Positions 59,701-64,000 of a DNA stretch of 64,000 bases are shown piece after piece; within the stretch, counting starts at the first letter, position 1, and the number at the start of each line of letters is the position of its first letter. This DNA is from Chlorokybus atmophyticus. Its lineage: Eukaryota > Plantae > Mesostigma and Chlorokybus algae. The notes below the pieces were generated by a model. It was not told the origin of the DNA. It saw only the letters and a list, made by a program, of their open reading frames with translations, and searched no databases. The stretch lies in the NCBI GenBank assembly GCA_009103225.1, contig RHPI01001037.1, forward strand, positions 659,815-723,814, written 5' to 3'. The position numbers and the translations under genes are program-made.

Positions 59701-60640
59701 TATCATCATCACCGCCAGGCAGGTGCACCACCTGCAGGAGACGAAACTTGCTCTACAGCAAGCATTCTCAGTTCGTGATCTTGGAGAGGCCAAGTGGTTC
59801 CTTGGCATGGTGATTGAGCGCGACAGGGCGGCTCGCACAATCAAGATCAGTCAGGAGCAGATGGTGAGAAGACTCGTCACCAAGTTTGGGCTCACTGAAG
59901 CGAAGACCAAGACCACACCGTTGGCACTTGGCACTGCCCTCATCAAGGCAAAGGATGAGGAGGTACTCGACAAGGCTCAGTATCCATATGGTGAGCTGGT
60001 AGGCAGCATGCTCTATCTGGCAGTGTGCACACGTCCCGATGTTGCACATGCTGTGGGAGTACTTGCTCGCTACATGTCTGCACCGAGCATGGAGCACTGG
60101 AGAGCAGCAAAGGGAGTACTACGCTATGTTGCTGGGAGCGCAACAGTTGGCATCAAGTTTGGGAGCGGGAGCACTGAGTTGGAGGGCTACTGCGACTCGG
60201 ACTTTGCTGGTGACCTCAACAGCAGGAGGTCCACTACAGGCTACGTCTTCAAGCTGAACGGAGGCGTGGTGAGCTGGAACAGCAGGCTGCAGCCAACAAC
60301 AGCAGCATCTACATCAGAGGCTGAGTACATGGCAGCGGCAGCAGCAGTGAAGGAGGCACTTTGGCTTCGCAAGCTCATGGCAGACTTGGAGCACCCCATG
60401 GCGTGCATCGTCATCAACTGTGACAACCAAGGAGCCATCAAGTTGTTGAAGCATCCTATCGCCTCGGCAAGGACGAAGCACATTGATGTCATGCATCACT
60501 TTGTGCGTGACAGAGTCACAAGGAAGGAGGTGGAGTTCCAGTACTGCAACACCGAACGCATGCTGGCGGACTTCATGACAAAGCCATTGTCACCACTCAA
60601 GTTCAAGACTTGTTGTGCAGGACTTGGCATCTGTGTTTGA
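56753..60640 (+). CDS. Copia Gag-Pol polyprotein (gag, CCHC, PR, INT, RT, RH)
   Basis: Uninterrupted ORF with CHWCGWKGHIVKDC, WVVDSG, LWHRRFGH..CEPC, HMDV..RSDRGGE, YVDD, and YCDSDFAG. The first ATG is at 56753. Confidence 0.97.
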   Translation: MEATYDKGQIAKLDTDNYNTWCVEMKALLIHKKVWKYVDPKAPPPTPGANTVWSEHSAEAHSLLVLNSKPHHFPMLTACEDGRQAWEKLSAVFRAKNNARKLHLRKQLSALRKEAAEPITKYVARARELWADLINVGHNMGETEVVLAIVAGLPAEYEVVATLLETSSSELTLDDVLPKLLTVEQRVVKKDEQADAVAFYTGKHAKKSNHEEKYKGNKPGNPRHKDLTCHWCGWKGHIVKDCRKKQQGQPRASTSNSGNEHQHKEKHVAFTASSSRAGTAFWVVDSGCDRHLTPNKEVMEGYRKLTSTIKVAGFGGEVLVAEGVGNVRLQCKVGNTLREVLLRNVLHVPKAIASLFSVRVAERLGAEILFRKGGCSVILDGVVHMVGIADPGGLYHVEQPQDRDIQAMVVKDKESPTLWHRRFGHLSYVNLTRLVAEKMVKGIHLSTEELKNASGALCEPCLVAKQHAMPFPSSSSSSQHPCELVHMDVCGPMRIVAKGGARYFATFLDDYSKLSIIFPLTLKSEVAGAVRTVVALLETQSGNKMKAMRSDRGGEYINKELKEFFASKGIRHETTAPYTPQQNGAAERLNRTLLERVRAMLNDTKMEDSLWKEAVLTANYIRNRSPVSSEQKTPWEHFYGATPDVSGMRVFGCTAYALVPKQLRHKLEPVSKKGIFVGYEPGSKAYRILLEDTQKIIVSREVVFHEGLSQPEAGFFPEDEAQPEHPETVEATGKAIIDDKGEQDSTVADKQSHLQQEHAARRYPVRERKAPDFLHKAHVASVQNEEPSTYEEALLAPDAEQWQRAMDEEIASLHANNTWSLEQLPQGVKTIPVKWVFKVKRDGQGNIERYKARLVAKGFLQQEGVDFNEVFAPASKHTTFRALLAMVAAEDLELHHLDVKTAFLYGELEEEIFIEQPPGYEEGERGTACKLIKALYGLRQAPRMWHIKLTKELEALGFTASSADPGLFIHADNKVWLLVYVDDIIITARQVHHLQETKLALQQAFSVRDLGEAKWFLGMVIERDRAARTIKISQEQMVRRLVTKFGLTEAKTKTTPLALGTALIKAKDEEVLDKAQYPYGELVGSMLYLAVCTRPDVAHAVGVLARYMSAPSMEHWRAAKGVLRYVAGSATVGIKFGSGSTELEGYCDSDFAGDLNSRRSTTGYVFKLNGGVVSWNSRLQPTTAASTSEAEYMAAAAAVKEALWLRKLMADLEHPMACIVINCDNQGAIKLLKHPIASARTKHIDVMHHFVRDRVTRKEVEFQYCNTERMLADFMTKPLSPLKFKTCCAGLGICV

Positions 60641-63307
60641 CTACAGGAGCAAGCGTTGGAGGTCAAGCTGCTCGCGTGGGAGTGTTGAGAGTATTCCAAC
60701 ATACGATCAGCATCGACCCTCCACACAGGAGTAGAAGGTCGTAAGGACGAGCACTAGGTCCGGACTTAGCAAGATGGCATCGTCGGACCAGACTCCGGAC
60801 TCCAGACTGGAGCCTTACTAACTGCTTCGTATCTCCGCGTATACTTACTCATATTGAGCGTGTAAGAGCTTGTTGAAAAGCTCTGGTTGTAAGGAAGACA
60901 ACACAACTTAGAGCGCGTCAAAAGGCTGAGTATAGCTTACGCAGTGCTTGCAAACGTAGACGTGTGTGTAATTGGCTGGTATAAGAACCAGCGGACAACT
61001 TGTAATAGATGAATGTGATGTGACTTGTGTATGCTCTGGTGGCGGTAGCTCTGTCCGTGTGTATCCATGCTTGCCTCAGCTACATGTGCATGCTAGTCCT
61101 TCAACAACTTCCAGCTGATCACCGATCATCAGCCACTCAAATGGTTGATGACCAACATCTGACAGGGAAACTTGCTCCCTGGGCCCTGCTGCTGCAGGAG
61201 TATGACTTCGAGATCGACCACCGCACCAGCCTCACCAACCAGGACGCTGATGGTATCAGTCGCAACCCTCACGGCAGTACCAACGATGCAACCGGAGCTC
61301 GGCACGACTCGGAGCTCGGCCCCGCAGCAGCAGCTCCCACCATGGCAGCCATGTTTGCTGCTGCCGCGATATGATCAGATCAACACCAGCTCAACGACAC
61401 GGGAGGTTCCGGCCCCTGAGGCTATCGACCCCACAGTGACCACACCACTAGGGGACGTCCACGCGATCGACGTCGAAGTTGACGACACTGAGCTGGCACC
61501 CACCGACACCAGGCTGGACAAGCCATCACTCTCCTTCCTTCAAAGTGGCCAGCTTCCCTCCAATATGAGTGCACGAGAGAATGATCATGTCAGCCAGCGC
61601 ACCCGCCACTACCGGTGGGCGAGTGACAAAGTGTACCGCCGCGTCCAGGACGAAGACAAGGAGGTCTCAACAGCAGCCACACGCGAGGGCATCATCGCAA
61701 CCCTCCACACGGAGCTTGGGCGCTTCGGTGTCAAGCGTACCGTCAGCCCGATAAGGGCGCAATATTAGTGGTATGGGCTGTCCAAACAGGTGCAGGGGGT
61801 CGTCAGACGCTGCCAGCAGTGTGACATGGTACGTGCCAGCCTCAACACACGCAGCGCCACCTTGCACGGTCTCCCCATCTCTGGGATGTTCTACCGCTGG
61901 GGACTCGACATCTTGAGAGACTTGGCACCTTCAGCGCGGGGCAACCACTACATCCTGGTCATGATCGAGCACTTCTCCGAATGGGTGGAGCTGGTGCCAT
62001 TACCCGACAAGAGCAGCATGAGGGTGGCGCAAGCTTTCCTCTCCCATGTTCTCAGCCGGTTCGGCAGCTGAGGTCATCACCGACCAGGGCACTGAGTTCA
62101 GAGGGGAGTTCGACACCCTGCTGGACAGATGCTACATCGATCATCGCCGTACTTCGCGTGACCACCCTCAAGCCGACGATCTCGCCAACGGACGGTGCAG
62201 ACTATCAAGAAGGCACTCCGCAAGTACGTGCTGGATTATGACAAGAATACCTTGGACGACCACCTTCCATGGGTGGCTCTTGGCTACCGGTTGTCGAAGC
62301 AGGCGGCGCTGCGTGAGACAGCCCATACTACCTGCTGTTCAGGCGCCCGCCGTTGCTTCCCTTTCGTGCACAGCAAGAAGTAGACCGCACGGTGGACAAC
62401 CTCGACGATCCGTCTGGATGCACCACGACATCACCACACGTGCCACGCTGTTCGAGCACACCGTCCCGATGGCCTTCCACAACATGCGCATCGCACAGCA
62501 CCGTGACACTCTGCGCTACGAGCGCGTGCGCAGCGGCTTTTACAAGGAGCGCCAACGGCGGTTTTAAGCAAGTGACTTTGCCTACCGCATGGCAGCTACC
62601 AAAGACACGCTCGACACCCCCGTGGGCCGCACCGTCTACAAGGTACTCAAGGTGTACCCCACAGGAGTGTTAGACCTCTTTGGTCAGAATGGTGAGAGGC
62701 TGGAAGACAACATGGTGAACTGCGCGCCATGTCACCTCCCTTACCGTCGCAAATTTTACACGGTGACTGACTAAGGACTGAGGGACTGACTGGTGCCTGA
62801 GCCTGCCTGAGCCTGCCTGTTGCTGCCTGAAATATTACTTTTGGACTGTTGGGTTTGCCGTTGGCTTAAGTGGACTGACGCAGACGGCCGCGGGCCGAAA
62901 GTGGTTGTCAGTGGCACTAACCGGCCGAGAGTTGTCAACCAGTTACCCTTTGGTCGATGTGCACAGACGGCCGTTAACCGGTAGTTACGGACAGCTGACA
63001 GCCATAGCCGGCAGTTTCTTTGCCGTTACACTGCTGTTAATATGTGACCCTTGCCATTTGACAAAAGTTGGCAATTCTTGCCGTAAGCCAACACTAACAT
63101 GCCATGCAGCTTGTACAAACCTTGGACTGATTGTTTGGTCTTGCACCTAAAAGCCCACAATATATACAATGTACGGGCAGTGGTGAGAGTATGTCCACTC
63201 ACAACTGAGCAGCCGACTTGCGCATGAAACTATCCTATAACATTGAGTCTAGCTGTCGGACTCATGCGCAGCTTGTCAACCCGTGGTGCCTGCCTAAGAA
63301 CTCCTCC

Positions 63308-64000
63308 TCAAACCCCCTCCTCCTGTTCCTCCTCCGACGAGTCTTCTGCTTCAACGCCGGAGTCATCTTCATCCGCTGCCTCGCTCGCTGACAGTACAGC
63401 GGCTACTTCGTCCTTCAGCTTGAATGTCAGCGCCTCGCCGTGCACGCGCATGCGCTTGATGGTCGCTTTGAGAGTGACCACCTGCATTTGGTAATGCTGT
63501 AAGAGTGGCGTGCTGCCAGAGGACTAGCCCATCAGCATACACACGCTTACCTCGTCTTCCGCTTTGTTGCACTCCGCCAGGCAGACAGTCAGCCTGCCGC
63601 GCTGCTCTTGGTTCACTCTGACCAACATGGCAATCTGCAAGCATACTGCTTAATTACCGCTGGAAACATTAAACTAGGTCATAGATTACCCGTTCGTTTG
63701 ACTCCGCAGCTTCTCTTTTGCGACTTGTGAGCTCCCGCAAGTAGAAATAGGCTGTGCATTTGCGAGATTGGTCATGCTGTTCATGTGCATGACACTGGAG
63801 GTTGTGCATGAGGGTGTGCATGTCGTATTGACAATGTATGTCAAGTGCAAGATACTTGAGGCTGTGCATGTGCAAGATAAAAGAACCCTAGCATGTGGCA
63901 TTGACAGTGCATCGTAACCCACCTTGGTTATGCCAGTCTTGTTTGGTCCCTTCAATCATGTCGCCGTGGTCGCAGCTGCTGGTGGGTCGGATTTTCTTAG
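63308..64000 (-). CDS. 3' part of an unidentified spliced gene (helical protein with acidic tail), runs off the window
   Basis: Four in-phase exons: ..KKIRPTSSCDHGDMIEGTKQDWHNQ|AYFYLRELTSRKREAAESNER|IAMLVRVNQEQRGRLTVCLAECNKAEDE|VVTLKATIKRM..EDSSEEEQEEGV*. Confidence 0.7.

Larger units (their letters stand above)
56202..61106 (+). mobile_element. Intact, very young Ty1/Copia element
   Basis: 424-bp LTRs at 56202-56625 and 60683-61106 differ at one position by eye. The TSD ACTTC is at 56197-56201 and 61107-61111. Confidence 0.98.
39390..62773 (+). mobile_element. Decayed Ty3/Gypsy element encoding a C5-cytosine methyltransferase (gag-PR-DNMT-RT-RH-INT), split by two later LTR elements
   Basis: gag: VEELRRFRRKPNED and a knuckle CHRCGRHGHY|KKEC split at 40265/50345. 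PR: VMLDSG (D at 53098). DNMT: 53842-54790. RT: YIDD at 55582. RH: LHTDWS..FGRHF|QLITDHQPLKWL split at 56201/61112. INT: HTELGRFG..CQQC, WGLDI..ITDQGTEF. Many stops and frameshifts. The termini are approximate. Confidence 0.88.

Noticed and set aside
58831-60726. Antisense and alternate-frame ORFs within Copia pol (similarly within the Gypsy pols)
   Set aside because: They are shadows of the codon-biased main ORF.

Overview
Eukaryotic genomic DNA with GT-AG introns and three N-gaps plus one single N. It is most likely from a green alga; this is inferred from a plant-type RAR1, an RLK/Pelle-type kinase and algal-type retroelements, and the species cannot be determined. The left ~18 kb holds host genes: Las1, tRNA-Arg(ACG), RAR1, and a multi-exon gene fusing ankyrin repeats, an MLKL/HeLo-like four-helix bundle, an intact Pelle/IRAK-like kinase and a U-box, lying tail-to-tail with RAR1. 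A decayed AcademX-like DNA transposon sits among them. From 18.8 to 63 kb is a nest of transposons whose order can be read from target-site duplications. (i) A pogo/DDE_1 element contains two related TRIMs with tRNA-type Pol III boxes and a near-intact chromovirus. (ii) A DIRS relic follows. (iii) A decayed Ty3/Gypsy element carries a C5-cytosine methyltransferase between protease and RT; it is interrupted by a second chromovirus (itself split by a CMC/EnSpm-like element) and by a young intact Copia with half-tRNA priming. Both chromoviruses have gag and pol in frame across a single stop codon, and both have a degenerate adenine-methyltransferase-like module before the protease. The 3' part of an unidentified spliced gene closes the window. 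All family calls come from reading motifs by eye; no database searches were run.
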